In this document: piece by piece, positions 20,059 through 31,458 of the stretch
Position numbering within the stretch: the first letter of the stretch is position 1
Layout: each line of letters opens with the position of its first letter
Assembly: GCA_039924545.1 (NCBI GenBank)
Contig: JBDTAR010000024.1
Span: 1-57,180, forward strand
Direction: 5' to 3'
Source: Nakamurella sp.
Lineage (GTDB): Bacteria; Actinomycetota; Actinomycetes; Mycobacteriales; Nakamurellaceae
DNA length: 57,180 bases
Program-made: the position numbers and the translations under genes
The notes under the pieces: generated by a model
What the model was told of the DNA's origin: nothing
The model's input: the letters and a program-made list of their open reading frames with translations, nothing else
Databases searched by the model: none

Positions 20059-21060
20059 GTGAACCCAGCATCGCGCACACATCGACCGGTCGTCGTGACG
20101 GGATCGATCGCCTCAGATCATCTGATGCGTTTCCCAGGCAATTTCACTGACTCGCTACTCGCCGACCAGCTCGACCGGGTTTCACTGTCGTTCCTCGTCG
20201 ACGACCTCGTCGTGCGACGCGGCGGTGTTGCCGCGAATATTGCGTTCACCATGGGTGTGCTCGGCGCGCGAACAGTGCTCGTCGATGCGGTAGGCCACGA
20301 TTTCTCGGACTATGACTCGTGGCTTACCCGGCACGGAGTCGACACATCCCACATTCTTCGGTGTAGCGACGTAGCAACGGCCCGGTTCGTGTGCACCACT
20401 GACGAAGCAATGAATCAAATTGGCTCGTTCTATGCCGGCGCTATGGCGCGGTCCCGAGAAATCGAATTGGCCCCAGTCATTGAGGCTATTGGCGGTGTTG
20501 ATCTGGTGATGATCAGTGCTGGCGACCCGGATGGTATGGCGCGGCACGCGGCCGAATGCCGCGCCAATGGCTGGACGTTTGCCGCCGATCCGTCGCAGCA
20601 GCTCGCGCGCATCACCGGGGAACAGGCGCGAGAGTTGGTGTTGGGCGCCGAAATGTTGTTCTCTAACGATTACGAGCTAGGTCTGATCCAGGCGAAAACT
20701 GGTTGGTCCGCCGCCGATATCGCCGAGAAGGTGCATACCAGGATCACCACGCACGGCGCCGACGGCGTAGAAATCACCTCAGCCGGCGTAGACCCGCTGC
20801 ATGTTCCAGTAGTTCCGGAGCACGGCAAAATCGATCCAACGGGGGTCGGTGACGCGTTCCGAGGTGGATTCCTCGCAGGGCGTACGGCGGATCTACCGGT
20901 GCAACGCTGTGCCGAACTCGGCGCTCTGATGGCGACGTTGGTATTAGAGACCGTGGGCACGCAAGAATACGAGTTCGACATTCCGGCAGCGACTGATCGG
21001 CTCGCTGGCGCCTATGGCGACGATGCGGCCCGTGAAATCGGCACGGCGCTCGGCTGGTAA
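20059..21060 (+). CDS. PfkB-family kinase (adenosine kinase, Rv2202c-like)
   Basis: TGSIASDHLMRFPG, GGVAANIA, DPTGVGDAFRGG. Confidence 0.9.
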   Translation: MNPASRTHRPVVVTGSIASDHLMRFPGNFTDSLLADQLDRVSLSFLVDDLVVRRGGVAANIAFTMGVLGARTVLVDAVGHDFSDYDSWLTRHGVDTSHILRCSDVATARFVCTTDEAMNQIGSFYAGAMARSREIELAPVIEAIGGVDLVMISAGDPDGMARHAAECRANGWTFAADPSQQLARITGEQARELVLGAEMLFSNDYELGLIQAKTGWSAADIAEKVHTRITTHGADGVEITSAGVDPLHVPVVPEHGKIDPTGVGDAFRGGFLAGRTADLPVQRCAELGALMATLVLETVGTQEYEFDIPAATDRLAGAYGDDAAREIGTALGW

Positions 21061-21100
21061 AGCGGTCGGCAGTAGCGCTGTCCGGGTCTACGGCAGGGGA

Positions 21101-23014
21101 CTACAGCCGCACCGGGTAGACAGGTTCCGGCACCACCGGCTGGATCTCACCGGTCACGAATATCGCGTGCCAGAGTAGAAACACCAGGATCGTCCAAATG
21201 CGCCGCGAGTGGTCTGCCTTCCCGGCCCGATGGTCGTCCAGTAGCTGAAGGACTGCGGCCGCATCGAAGTACTCGTCGGTCTGCGCGCTGCTGATGATGC
21301 TCCGTGCCCATTCATAGGAGCCCTCCGCAAGAAAGTGCCGGATCGGAACCGGGAAACCGAGTTTGCGTCGATGAAGCACATGCGGCGGCACGATGGTGGA
21401 CAGCGCGCGGCGCAATGCCAGTTTTGTGGTCTGTGGTGTGACCTTCTCGGAAGCGGGGATCGTGCGTGCGACCTCGAACACCTCGCGGTCCAGGAACGGC
21501 ACCCGCAGTTCCAGCGAGTTGGCCATCGTCATTTTGTCCGCCTTGACGAGGATGTCGCCGCGCAGCCACGTGAAAAGGTCGATGTGCTGCATGCGGGCGA
21601 TTGGATCCCAGCCGGTCGATGCGGCAAAAATCGGATCGGTAGCGTCGTGAAACGACCGCTGCGGGTTGTATCGGCGCAGTAATCCGGCGAGCTGATCTTC
21701 GCGGAAGATGCGAGCGTTGCCGTAGTAGCGATCCTCCAGGTCTAGCGCCCCGCGTCGCAGCATGTCTTTGCCGCGAACCCCGTCGGGCAGAGCGCGCCCT
21801 ACCGCAGCCAAACCGCGGCGCAACGGTGACGGGAGCCCTGTGATCATTCGCAGGCTGTGCGCCTCACGGTAGATGTTGTAGCCGCCGAACAATTCGTCTG
21901 CGCCTTCGCCGGATAACACCACCTTGACGTGTTTCCGCGCCTCGTTCGCCACGAAATAGAGCGGTACTAAGGCAGGATCGGCTACCGGATCGTCCAGGTA
22001 CCAAATAATTAGCGGCAGTGTCTCAGTGAGTTCCTGCTCGGTGACGATGCGCACCACGTGTTTCACGCCGATCGCGGCCGCGGATTCGGCGGCGACGTCG
22101 ACCTCCGAATACCCTTCGCGCTCGAATCCTATCGTGAACGTGATGAGGTTTGGGTTGTACTTCTTCGCCAATGCCGCGATCGCAGTGGAGTCGATGCCAC
22201 CAGACAGGAACGCTCCCACCGTCACATCTGCGCGCATGTGCTTGGCCACAGAATCGTCGAGCGCATCGGCAATGCGGTGGTACAGGTCCCCGCGTTCGGC
22301 AGCGCTGTGCACCGCCTTTGGGACGAACGTGGGATTGAAATACCTATGTATGACGACGTCCTCACCAGGCCGCACCCGCAGCGTTGAGCCTGATTCAACC
22401 TTGGCGATTTTGGTGTCCATCGTGGCGGGCTCGGGCACATATTGGAGGACGAGGTAATGCTGTAGGGCGACGTCATACACGGTAGCGGCGCCCACTAACT
22501 CGCGTAGTGATTTTGCCTCGGACGCAAACGCCACCCCGTCGGGTAGCTGGGCGAAGTAGAGCGGCTTGATCCCGAATGGATCCCGGGCCCCGAACAACAC
22601 CCGCTCGGCTGTGTCCCAGATCAAGAAGGCGAACATGCCCCGCAGTCGGGAGACGCTGTCCGGACCCCAATGGTGATAGGCCGCAAGGATTGCCTCGCCA
22701 TCGCCTTCGGTGTCGAACGAGGTACCGAATTGATCCGTGAGCTCCTGGCGAAGCTCAAGGTAGTTGTAGATTTCCCCGTTGAAGACGAGCGCATACCGGT
22801 CGGGGGATTCCGGCGGACCCCAGCGCAGCGGCTGGTGCGAATGCTCGATGTCGATAATCGATAGCCGATTGAATCCGAACGCGACATCGGCGTCGAACCA
22901 GGTCCCTGAGTCATCGGGTCCGCGGTGGCGGGCACACCGCATGCCGACTGTCAGCGCCGAGGCGCGCGAGCCGGCATCTCCGATATGGGATACGAACCCC
23001 ATGAGACCGCACAT
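21101..23014 (-). CDS. asnB: Glutamine-hydrolysing asparagine synthase / LtsA-type amidotransferase
   Basis: MCG N-terminal nucleophile, RHRGPD, FNGEIYN, LSGGIDS, SGEGADELFGGY. Confidence 0.96.
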   Translation of the reverse strand: MCGLMGFVSHIGDAGSRASALTVGMRCARHRGPDDSGTWFDADVAFGFNRLSIIDIEHSHQPLRWGPPESPDRYALVFNGEIYNYLELRQELTDQFGTSFDTEGDGEAILAAYHHWGPDSVSRLRGMFAFLIWDTAERVLFGARDPFGIKPLYFAQLPDGVAFASEAKSLRELVGAATVYDVALQHYLVLQYVPEPATMDTKIAKVESGSTLRVRPGEDVVIHRYFNPTFVPKAVHSAAERGDLYHRIADALDDSVAKHMRADVTVGAFLSGGIDSTAIAALAKKYNPNLITFTIGFEREGYSEVDVAAESAAAIGVKHVVRIVTEQELTETLPLIIWYLDDPVADPALVPLYFVANEARKHVKVVLSGEGADELFGGYNIYREAHSLRMITGLPSPLRRGLAAVGRALPDGVRGKDMLRRGALDLEDRYYGNARIFREDQLAGLLRRYNPQRSFHDATDPIFAASTGWDPIARMQHIDLFTWLRGDILVKADKMTMANSLELRVPFLDREVFEVARTIPASEKVTPQTTKLALRRALSTIVPPHVLHRRKLGFPVPIRHFLAEGSYEWARSIISSAQTDEYFDAAAVLQLLDDHRAGKADHSRRIWTILVFLLWHAIFVTGEIQPVVPEPVYPVRL

Positions 23015-23424
23015 GTCCCATCCCTTCAATTCCCTTAGTCCACGTCCTGGGCGTGCCCCGCCGCAATGCTCCAGCCATGGGAAGACGCGCCGCGGTGGAC
23101 GTGGTAGCACATCCAACCTTCCCATCCTGCATGATCATTGCGAAGATGAATGTCATAGGTACTGGTGTTTCGTGCCTGTCCGGCTCACGTCTGTTCGTGT
23201 CCCGGTGCTGTGAACTGGGTCGCGGTGGCGGGCTCGTTGCGGGAGGGTTGTTGGCGGTGGGTGTTGACGCGCCGGATGTGGCCCCGACGTGTGGCTTGCG
23301 AGCTTGTCGAGTAACCTGGCAGATGATCTCGGGCCATGTCCGGGCGCATGAACGGGTGGGCCGAACGGCCTCGCCGGTGGTAGCGGCGCAGCAACGCGCC
23401 GTGACGAGGAAGGCGCAAACGCAC

Positions 23425-24369
23425 GTGGCTGGAACTCGAGCGGCACGTCGCCTAGTACTGGGCGGCCTGGCGGCTATTGCCATGGTTGCCCTGAGCGGAT
23501 GTTCGGTGGCAGACCTCCCGCGGTATGGGTGGCCGCAAAGCGCCAGCGTGCAGGGCGAGAAAATGCAGTTCCTATGGTCAGGCATGTTTACCGCGGCCCT
23601 GGTGGTTGGTGCGATCGTGTGGGGCCTCATGTTCTGGTGCTTTATTGTGTACCGGAAGCGTCGGAACTCGCCGCTGTATCCGAAGCAGACCCGAGAGAAC
23701 CTACCGGTCGAGCTGGTTTACACGGCTATTCCGTTCATCCTGGTCGCGGCGATCTTCTACACCGGCGCTACGGTGCAGAACGAAGTGCTGAAAATGAATC
23801 CCAACCCAGATGTGGTTGTCAACGTTACGGCCTTCAAATGGAACTGGGACTTCGCCTACGAAGGCTCCACCACTCCTTCCGGTGGTCTGATTCACACGAT
23901 CGGTACATCCGAAGAGGTCCCGGTCCTGATTCTGCCGAACAATAAGACTGTTGAATATGTGCTGGACAGCAAAGACGTGGTGCACTCGTTCTGGGTACCG
24001 GCATTCGACTTCAAACGTGACGTATTCCCTTTTCCCGAGGCCAACAACTCCGATAATCGATTCCAGACCACACTGAAGCGCGAAGGTGCTTGGGTCGGGC
24101 ATTGCGCGGAGCTGTGCGGTACCTACCACGCGGCAATGAACTTTGAGGTCCGGTCGGTGCCGGATGATATTTACGCGGCGTACATCAAGGCTCGCGAGAC
24201 GGGACTGAGCAACTCGGCCGCACTGACAAAGGTCGGAAACGACTTTCCCAATTGCAAGGCATTGTGCAGCTCGACGTCGACCACGACATACCCGCTTCAG
24301 ACAAACCGGACGGCGAAGGCCGCAACACCGATCCCAGAGGGCGTGGTGGGGTTGACCAATGGCAAGTAA
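23425..24369 (+). CDS. ctaC: Cytochrome aa3 oxidase subunit II
   Basis: Lipobox LSGC, DVVHSFW, CuA motif CAELCGTYHAAM; GAGGAAGG RBS before GTG 23425. Confidence 0.95.
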   Translation: MAGTRAARRLVLGGLAAIAMVALSGCSVADLPRYGWPQSASVQGEKMQFLWSGMFTAALVVGAIVWGLMFWCFIVYRKRRNSPLYPKQTRENLPVELVYTAIPFILVAAIFYTGATVQNEVLKMNPNPDVVVNVTAFKWNWDFAYEGSTTPSGGLIHTIGTSEEVPVLILPNNKTVEYVLDSKDVVHSFWVPAFDFKRDVFPFPEANNSDNRFQTTLKREGAWVGHCAELCGTYHAAMNFEVRSVPDDIYAAYIKARETGLSNSAALTKVGNDFPNCKALCSSTSTTTYPLQTNRTAKAATPIPEGVVGLTNGK

Positions 24370-24853
24370 CGATAGCCAACAGGTGACGGTTCAGCACATC
24401 GAATCGGACGAACGCCCACCCAAGGCCATGAGGGTCGAAGCGTACGTATTCTTCGCTACGTCGTCGTTCTTCATTGCGGCCGGAATCATCTACGGCTTTT
24501 GGACGAACGCGACTGGCGTCGCGCCAGGACCCGAATGGGGCGGCCTGTTGGCATTGCTGCTCACCGGACTGATGCTGGCGATGATCGGCACTTTCCTGTG
24601 GTTCGGTTCGCGTCGTATGGAGCGAGCCCGTCCGGAAGATGACCCCGATGCTGCGGTTTCCGACGGCGCCGGCGACGTCGGCTTTTTCCCGGCCGCCTCG
24701 TACTGGCCGCTGGCACTTGCTGGCGCTGCTATGTTCATCGCCATCGCAGTCGCATACTGGCTGTTCTGGATGATTGTGATGGGCTTCGGCTTTTTGTTCC
24801 TGGCACTGACCGGTTGGCTGTTCGAATACCAGCGGGCACACGCCGACCACTAA
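24359..24853 (+). CDS. ctaF: Cytochrome c oxidase subunit IV
   Basis: EWGG, RPEDDPDAAVSDGAGDVGFF..SYWP, WLFEY; alternative start 24428. Confidence 0.92.
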   Translation: MASNDSQQVTVQHIESDERPPKAMRVEAYVFFATSSFFIAAGIIYGFWTNATGVAPGPEWGGLLALLLTGLMLAMIGTFLWFGSRRMERARPEDDPDAAVSDGAGDVGFFPAASYWPLALAGAAMFIAIAVAYWLFWMIVMGFGFLFLALTGWLFEYQRAHADH

Positions 24854-24865
24854 TCCACCACGTAT

Positions 24866-24910
24866 GACGGCGCCCCCGACGCAACTCGCGTCAGGGGCGC
24901 CGTTGTCGTT
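24866..24910. terminator. Hairpin terminator between convergent ctaF and the YdeI-like gene
   Basis: acggcgcccc-c-gacgc / gcgtc-a-ggggcgccgt stem. Confidence 0.7.
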
Positions 24911-24940
24911 CCTATTTGTCGTCCCGGACGAGGCGCGCGG

Positions 24941-25231
24941 TCAGGGATGTCCTGTGCGTTCCCGGTGCGCACAGCCCGGCCAGCAGCAGGGGCGTCGCTC
25001 GCCCAGGCTGAGCTTGTCGCAGGCGATGTCGATGCGCCGTGCTCGCGTGTCAACCCGCTTCGCGTCCTCGACCCAACAGATGAACTCGTTACGGGCGAGG
25101 GGAGTGATGTCCATCCATGCCGCCGCTGCCGCCTCATTCGCCGTGAGCGCGGTAGAGAGGTCCGCCGGCAACTCGTGTACAACTCCGCCGGGGAATGCGC
25201 CCTGAGCGACTTCTGGCGAGGGGGACGTCAT
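24941..25231 (-). CDS. YdeI/OmpD-associated family small protein
   Basis: GGVVHELPADL...ITPLARNEFICWVEDAK...TRARRI...RRPCCWPGC. Confidence 0.85.
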   Translation of the reverse strand: MTSPSPEVAQGAFPGGVVHELPADLSTALTANEAAAAAWMDITPLARNEFICWVEDAKRVDTRARRIDIACDKLSLGERRPCCWPGCAHRERTGHP

Positions 25232-25286
25232 ACCTGAACACTACAGAGGAGAACCGGCCACGCCCTGAATAGACGACATCTGAATA

Positions 25287-25333
25287 GACGGCTACGGCGG
25301 CCGTCCCTCGAAGGGACCGCCGCCGTAGTCGTC
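25287..25333 (-). terminator. Hairpin terminator after qcrB
   Basis: gacggctacggcggc-c-gtccc / gggac-c-gccgccgtagtcgtc long stem. Confidence 0.75.
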
Positions 25334-25350
25334 GCTACATCGTAGGGAAA

Positions 25351-26982
25351 TCAGCCGCGCGTGAGTTCTCCGACAGAATCAGGCTCGTCGGAGTCTGTGT
25401 CTTCATGGCTGTACGCGATGACGCCGGTCTGGTCCTTGGGAGACCACACACCGGGTACCGCGCGGCCGGCTGCGCCGAGCTCATTCATCTTCTTCGGAAC
25501 CGCAGCACCTTGATACTCCAAGGGGATGGGATGGCCGTGCTCGTCAACATCACCGAGCGGCTGATGCACCTCGTAGAATTCGCCGGTCGGCGAACGGCGG
25601 ACAACGCCGGTCTCGACTCCGTGCTCCAATACATCCCGGTCGTGATGCTGGAATCCCAGGCACAGCCGGTAGGTGACCATGTAGGCAAGTACCGGTAGCA
25701 AGATGGATCCGATGCGCCCGATCCAGGTCATCACGTTGAGCGATATGTCGAGTTTAAGAGCGAAAATATCGTTGGCACCGTTGATGAGGTTGATGATGTA
25801 GAACGCGAGGAAAGCGGCACCAAGTGCGGTACGAACTGGAACGTCGCGAGGCCGTTGCAGCAAGTTATGAATCGCGCTGTCCTTCGTGTACTTCCGTTCG
25901 ATTGACGGATACATGAGCACCAGGACCATCAGCAACGTCGCGGCCAAGATGGATGGGAAGAACACCGCCGGGATCATGTAGTGGCCAAACAGGTTGCGTA
26001 TCTCCCAATCCGGCCATACTCGAACCATGCCGTCCAAAAAGCCCATATAAAAGTCCGGTTGAACACCTGCAGACACCTGCGAGGGGTTGTATGGACCGAT
26101 AGTCCACACCGGGTTGATCTGGAATATGCCAGACAACAGTACGATCGTCCCGAATACGACGGCGAAGAATCCACCGCCCTTCGATGCGAACGACGGCAGC
26201 ACTCGGACGCCAACGACGTTCTTCTCGGTTCGCCCCGGCCCGGGGAACTGAGTGTGCTTTTGGAACCACACCAGCGCAACATGGAGGCCAATGAGGGCAA
26301 GCAGCAAACCGGGGATAATGAGTACGTGCAGCGAGTAGAAGCGCCCGATAACGATCGTTCCGGGATAGTCCCCGCCGAAGACCGCCCAATGCATCCAGGT
26401 GCCAATCACCGGGATCGAAAGTACGAATGCGCTGACCGCGCGAAGGCCGGTGCCGGAGAGTAGGTCATCCGGCAGCGAGTAGCCGAGGAAGCCCTCGGCC
26501 ATGCCTGTGACCAACAGCAGAACGCCGAGGATCCAGTTGAGTTCGCGCGGTTTGCGAAACGCGCCGGTGAAGAAGACGCGCATCATGTGCAGCATCATTC
26601 CGGCGATGAAGATCAGTGCTGCCCAATGATGGATTTGGCGAATCAGAAGGCCACCACGCACTTCCATGGAGATATCCAGCGTCGACGCGTAGGCGTGTGA
26701 CATCGGAATACCGCGCAACTGCGTATACACGCCCTGATAGACGGTTTCGCCCATAGACGGGTCGAAGAACAGAGTCAGGTAGACACCGGACAGCAATACC
26801 ACGACGAACGAATAAAGCGCGACCTCGCCGAGCATAAAGGACCAGTGCGTCGGGAAGACCTTGTTCATCGCAGCGCGCAGTCCAGGCGCAGCGTGGTAGC
26901 GCTCGTCGGCCTCCTTCGCGGCTTTGGGCAGCAACGCGCCCAATCCGCCGGAAGACTTTGTCGAAGTCGTCAGGCGGCTCAC
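25351..26982 (-). CDS. qcrB: Cytochrome bcc complex cytochrome b
   Basis: [36 protein letters not shown]; GTGA overlap with the qcrA stop. Confidence 0.97.
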   Translation of the reverse strand: MSRLTTSTKSSGGLGALLPKAAKEADERYHAAPGLRAAMNKVFPTHWSFMLGEVALYSFVVVLLSGVYLTLFFDPSMGETVYQGVYTQLRGIPMSHAYASTLDISMEVRGGLLIRQIHHWAALIFIAGMMLHMMRVFFTGAFRKPRELNWILGVLLLVTGMAEGFLGYSLPDDLLSGTGLRAVSAFVLSIPVIGTWMHWAVFGGDYPGTIVIGRFYSLHVLIIPGLLLALIGLHVALVWFQKHTQFPGPGRTEKNVVGVRVLPSFASKGGGFFAVVFGTIVLLSGIFQINPVWTIGPYNPSQVSAGVQPDFYMGFLDGMVRVWPDWEIRNLFGHYMIPAVFFPSILAATLLMVLVLMYPSIERKYTKDSAIHNLLQRPRDVPVRTALGAAFLAFYIINLINGANDIFALKLDISLNVMTWIGRIGSILLPVLAYMVTYRLCLGFQHHDRDVLEHGVETGVVRRSPTGEFYEVHQPLGDVDEHGHPIPLEYQGAAVPKKMNELGAAGRAVPGVWSPKDQTGVIAYSHEDTDSDEPDSVGELTRG

Positions 26983-28145
26983 GAGTTCTCCTTGGGCAGT
27001 TGGCCGAACGGCGGGAATACCGGCTTCGGCTCCGGCAGAATCGGCGGGTGTGATCCCCAGGGAGAGCTGCCCTGGAAAGATTCCCAAAATCCCGGCCCGA
27101 CCGGTTCGATGAAGTCATGAACGGCGATGAAATAACCCTCGTCGTCGACGGAGATGGGCAATTGCGGCAGGGGCCTGGTTGCTGGCCCGAATACCGGCTT
27201 TGCGCCGTTACGGACATCGAATTGCGACTGGTGGCAGGGGCAGAGAACTCGGCCAGTCTGATCCTCGTACAGCGACACCGGGCAGCCGACGTGCGTGCAA
27301 ATCTTCGAATAGGCGTAAAAATTGCCGTACTCGAAGCCGTCTTGGCCGGTGCGAATCAGGACTTTCTCGCTCGGGCGCAAACGGAACAACATGACCGCCG
27401 CATCCGATGCAGTCGCTCCACCAGGAACCCCGGGGAACACCGTCATGATCGAGCCCGTGGCGAGATCCTCCGGGCGAACGAATGTGCCGTCCTGCCCGGT
27501 GAGTCGAACCTTTGTGCCGTCCGCAGCAGGGCGCCACGGTGTGACCCATAGGTCGGAATCCTTGCCCTTTGCCCAGGGGTTCGAGATGAGCCCACCGATC
27601 GGTGCCACCAGCGCTGCGGCCGCCAAGCCGCCACCAGCCACCAGTAGTGACATCTTCAGTAGCCCGCGCCGGTTTCGGAGGCCGGTCTTGTCTAGTGTGT
27701 CTGTGAGTTCGGCGCCCAAAGTGCGCTGGTCGTGTTCTGCTGAACCGCCGACATGACGCTCCTGCACCGCAACCTCGTGCGGGGCGATTCTGCGCGCGAT
27801 CGACATGACTCCGAGCCCAAGGGACAGGATCGAGCCGCCGAGGGTGATTCCGAGGAGCGGCGTGAAGAGCGCGTAGGTCCACTGCTTCGACGAGAACGGG
27901 TCTTCGTAGCCGGCAGGCCATGCCACAAAAATGACAACGAACGCGAGGCCGAACAGCCCTGACAGGAAGAACCACTTAGCGACCTGACGCTCCGCTCGCT
28001 TTTCGGCGGGGGAGTTCGGTTCGAATCGCGGGCCGTATTCGACGAGTTCAACGCCGTTGAGTCGTGCGCCGAGGCGCGCCAACTCTTCCTGCGTCATCCC
28101 GGCCATTTCGTCACTGGTGGGGATTTTGGTGTCTTTCACGTTCAT
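26979..28145 (-). CDS. qcrA: Cytochrome bcc Rieske Fe-S subunit
   Basis: CTHVGC and CPCHQS boxes, three TM helices. Confidence 0.97.
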   Translation of the reverse strand: MNVKDTKIPTSDEMAGMTQEELARLGARLNGVELVEYGPRFEPNSPAEKRAERQVAKWFFLSGLFGLAFVVIFVAWPAGYEDPFSSKQWTYALFTPLLGITLGGSILSLGLGVMSIARRIAPHEVAVQERHVGGSAEHDQRTLGAELTDTLDKTGLRNRRGLLKMSLLVAGGGLAAAALVAPIGGLISNPWAKGKDSDLWVTPWRPAADGTKVRLTGQDGTFVRPEDLATGSIMTVFPGVPGGATASDAAVMLFRLRPSEKVLIRTGQDGFEYGNFYAYSKICTHVGCPVSLYEDQTGRVLCPCHQSQFDVRNGAKPVFGPATRPLPQLPISVDDEGYFIAVHDFIEPVGPGFWESFQGSSPWGSHPPILPEPKPVFPPFGQLPKENS

Positions 28146-29011
28146 GAGCGCGACCCCGACCACAGTGAGATGGACACGATGACACCCATTCCGACGAGGA
28201 AGGCGATGAGGCCTTCAGGTGCGGGACCGAAACCTCCGAGGTCGTATCCGCCGGGCGAAACGGTGTCCGCGGATGCGCGGACGTACTTGATGATGTCAAG
28301 CTTCTCGCTCGGGGTTAGTTGAGCATCGGAAAATGTCGGCATGTTTTCTGGGCCGGACAGCATTGCTGCGTAGGCCTCTTTGTCCGTCGCCTTATCGAGC
28401 GGCGGGGCGTACTTACCCTGCGAGAGTGCGCCGCCTTTACCGGTGAAGTTGTGGCAAGACGCGCAGTTCAGGCGGTAGAGGTCGGCACCCTTCGCGACGT
28501 CGGCATTCGAGATGTCGATCGTGCCAGGAATCTGTGTGCCGCCGCCAATCGACTGTACGTACGCAGCGATAGCGTCGATGTCCTTCTCATTGGAGAAGAA
28601 GGGGATAGCGCGTGGCATCTCGGCGCCGTTCGCCTTCGCGGGCATGCGGCCGGTGGCTAATTGGAAGTAGGTGTTTGCCTGGCCAGCGCCGATCAACGAT
28701 GGGCCCCTGCCGTCGACCCCTTGCAGGTTCTCGCCGTGGCAACTGATGCACGTACGGTCGTAGAGGTCTTTGCCGTGCGCGATCGTCTGCGCGTCGACGG
28801 ACTCTGCCGAGGCAGTATTGCCGGTCGGCGCGAACACGGAATAGCCGACTCCGAGGACACCCAGCGCTAGGGCCAGCGCGACGAACGCGGTCGCCCTACG
28901 AAGTGTCTTCGATCGGCGGCGGAATCGCCCACCGCTCATGTGTGTCACACCATCCTCCTGAACGTGTTGCATGGGCTCGGACTGCTTACCTCGTCGATGC
29001 ACTGAGATCAC
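28142..29011 (-). CDS. qcrC: Diheme cytochrome c subunit
   Basis: Two CxxCH motifs (CISCH, CASCH), GRMP, GPENMP. Confidence 0.96.
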   Translation of the reverse strand: MISVHRRGKQSEPMQHVQEDGVTHMSGGRFRRRSKTLRRATAFVALALALGVLGVGYSVFAPTGNTASAESVDAQTIAHGKDLYDRTCISCHGENLQGVDGRGPSLIGAGQANTYFQLATGRMPAKANGAEMPRAIPFFSNEKDIDAIAAYVQSIGGGTQIPGTIDISNADVAKGADLYRLNCASCHNFTGKGGALSQGKYAPPLDKATDKEAYAAMLSGPENMPTFSDAQLTPSEKLDIIKYVRASADTVSPGGYDLGGFGPAPEGLIAFLVGMGVIVSISLWSGSRS

Positions 29012-29622
29012 CGGATGATGAAGATCGTGGCGAAGAGCGCGATCCAGACAATGTCGACGAAGTGCCAGTAGTAGGACACAACGATGGCGCTGGTGGCCTG
29101 AGCAGGGGTGAACTTGCTCATCTTTGTCCGTGCTATCAAGAGCAAGAAGGCGATCAAACCGCCGATGACGTGCAACCCGTGGAAACCCGTCGTGAGGTAG
29201 AAGACCGTGCCATACGCGCTGGAAGACAGTGTCGTTCCCTCAGAGACCATGTTGTAAAACTCGAAGCTCTGGCCGATCACAAACGTCAGGCCCATCAGGA
29301 AGCTAATGAGGTACCAGCGTCGCAGGCCGAACACATCGCCTCGTTCTGCGGCCCACACACCGAACTGGCAGGTAAACGAACTCAGCACCAGAATGATGGT
29401 GAACACGAGGTCGTACCAGATGTCCAAGTGGACTGTCGAAGGTGGCCACTCTCCGCCGGGCGCCACGGCGCGGGCGGTGAAATAGATACCGAAGAGTCCA
29501 GCGAAGAACATCAACTCACTTGCGAGCCACACGATTACCCCGACGCTGACCATGTTCGGTCGGTTCAAGGTATGGATGCGCGCGCTGATCGCAGAGTTGT
29601 CTGCCGGCGTCGTAGTCGTCAC
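29008..29622 (-). CDS. ctaE: Cytochrome aa3 oxidase subunit III
   Basis: [30 protein letters not shown]. Confidence 0.97.
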   Translation of the reverse strand: MTTTTPADNSAISARIHTLNRPNMVSVGVIVWLASELMFFAGLFGIYFTARAVAPGGEWPPSTVHLDIWYDLVFTIILVLSSFTCQFGVWAAERGDVFGLRRWYLISFLMGLTFVIGQSFEFYNMVSEGTTLSSSAYGTVFYLTTGFHGLHVIGGLIAFLLLIARTKMSKFTPAQATSAIVVSYYWHFVDIVWIALFATIFIIR

Positions 29623-29955
29623 ACGTGGATTATGGCGCCTTCGCGCTCGCTTCGCTCCCCCGGGGGTCGGCGGGTTGCAACTTGTGCTGCAAAGTGCCTG
29701 TACAACGTGTGGCGGTGCACAAAATGACCCGCTCTGGCGGGCTGTAGCTCACGTGGCGGCGCTGGTTGACCGGCGTCATGAAGCTTCGTCACGTCGATCT
29801 GTCAGCATCGGTCCCAGAACACAGCGGTGGCCGTGCGCGATCTGGAGACTCTCTGGGCAGTCGCTGTGTGCCGGTAGATGTGCGCCCATTACGATCGCGG
29901 AGGGGCCTTGTGGCTCTGCTATGCCCGATCGAGTACGAAAAGGTGGACGATCGCG

Positions 29956-30372
29956 ATGAGCAATCCGGTGGTGTTGGTATATAGCAACCGCGCCGAGGTG
30001 CGAGAAACCGTGATTCTGGGAATCGGACGGCGGCCCGCTCGTGACGTAGGGCGCGTCGACTTCTTGGAATGTTCGACCGTTGCCGAAGTACTGATGGCGG
30101 TCGACGACAACGCCGCGGATGTACTGGTCCTCGACGCTGAAGCGCAGCCCGCTGGCGGGATGGGTGTGAGTCGGCAGATTCATTTGGAGGCGACCATTAT
30201 TCCGCCGGTCATTATGTTGATACGGCGCCAAGACGACCGGTGGTTGTCGACCTGGGCGAAGGCTGACGAGGTGCTGATGTACCCGCTAGACCCAGTCAGC
30301 GCTGCAGAGGCCGTTGCTGCGGTTCTGCGCCGCCGAGCGGAGGCTTCGTCAGTCGGCAGCGCCTTACAGTGA
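29956..30372 (+). CDS. Stand-alone receiver-like (CheY-fold) protein
   Basis: VLVLDAEAQPAGGMGVSRQI, RRQDDRWLSTW; GTGA overlap with trpD. Confidence 0.75.
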   Translation: MSNPVVLVYSNRAEVRETVILGIGRRPARDVGRVDFLECSTVAEVLMAVDDNAADVLVLDAEAQPAGGMGVSRQIHLEATIIPPVIMLIRRQDDRWLSTWAKADEVLMYPLDPVSAAEAVAAVLRRRAEASSVGSALQ

Positions 30373-31433
30373 CGTCCGTCGCGCACTCCGTTTCATGGCC
30401 GGCTGTGTTGTCCGGCCTTGTAGCGCGCGCCGACCTGTCGAGCGTGCAGACGGCGTGGGTGATGGACGAGGTGATGAGCGGGCGGGCGACGGCGGCTCAG
30501 ATTGCTGCGTTCGCCGTGTCGCTTCGTGCCAAAGGCGAGACCCCCGCAGAGTTGGCGGGCCTTGTGCATGGAATGTTGGGGCACGCGAATCTGCTGGATA
30601 TCCCTGGTCGATCCGTCGACATCGTCGGGACTGGCGGAGACCGTGCTAACACCGTCAATATTTCCTCGATGGCCGCCGTAGTGACTGCCGCGGCCGGCGC
30701 CGTTGTCGTGAAGCACGGAAACCGTGCGGCATCGTCCAGCTGTGGCTCTGCTGACCTGCTGGAAGGATTAGGCGTGGCGATTTCACTGTCGCCCACGGCC
30801 GTGGCGGCATGTGTCGCCGAGGTTGGCATTGGTTTCTGTTTTGCGCCGGTGTTTCATCCTTCGTTCCGGCACACGGCCTCGCCGCGGCGTGAGATGGGTA
30901 TCCCCACTGTTTTCAACTTCCTGGGGCCACTCACTAATCCTGCCCAACCCGCGGCCGGGGCGATCGGTTGCGGTGACGCGCGAATGGCGCCCATCATGGC
31001 GCAGGTTTTCGCGGATCGCGGCTGCGATGTGCTGCTTTTCCGCGGGGACGATGGACTTGACGAGCTGACCACGACGACAACGTCGACTGTATGGATCGTT
31101 CGTGACAGGGCAGTCACTACTACCACGGTGGACCCTGCTGCTTTGGGTATCGCGCGCAGCGTCCCGGCGGATCTTCGCGGCGGAGACGTGCCGGTCAACG
31201 TCGAAGTGGCTCAGCGTGTTTTCGAAGGGGCAAACGGGCCGGTGACCGACGCTGTCGTGCTCAATGCAGCCGCGGCGTTGGCCGCTCATACGGGTCTCTC
31301 GGGAGACGTCAACGCGGATCTTGCCGTCGGCATTGACCGTGCTCGCGCCGCGATTCGTTCGGGTGCAGTCAGCGATTTAGTGCAGCGGTGGGAGACGGTT
31401 TCAACGCGATTGGCGGACGCTCAAGCCTCGTAG
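30369..31433 (+). CDS. trpD: Anthranilate phosphoribosyltransferase
   Basis: DIVGTGGD, NISS, KHGNRAASSSCGSAD, FNFLGPLTNP, DGLDE. Confidence 0.97.
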   Translation: MTSVAHSVSWPAVLSGLVARADLSSVQTAWVMDEVMSGRATAAQIAAFAVSLRAKGETPAELAGLVHGMLGHANLLDIPGRSVDIVGTGGDRANTVNISSMAAVVTAAAGAVVVKHGNRAASSSCGSADLLEGLGVAISLSPTAVAACVAEVGIGFCFAPVFHPSFRHTASPRREMGIPTVFNFLGPLTNPAQPAAGAIGCGDARMAPIMAQVFADRGCDVLLFRGDDGLDELTTTTTSTVWIVRDRAVTTTTVDPAALGIARSVPADLRGGDVPVNVEVAQRVFEGANGPVTDAVVLNAAAALAAHTGLSGDVNADLAVGIDRARAAIRSGAVSDLVQRWETVSTRLADAQAS

Positions 31434-31458
31434 CTGGTCGCTCCGGCAGGGCGAAGCG

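Noticed and set aside
23053-23424. Long N-terminal extension of CtaC and ORF 22911-23630
   Set aside because: Lipobox and RBS support a start at 23425; the region is the divergent asnB/ctaC promoter spacer
29670-29725. Possible Rex operator upstream of ctaE (ttgtgc...gcacaa)
   Set aside because: Half-sites are too far apart and do not match TTGTGAA-N4-TTCACAA
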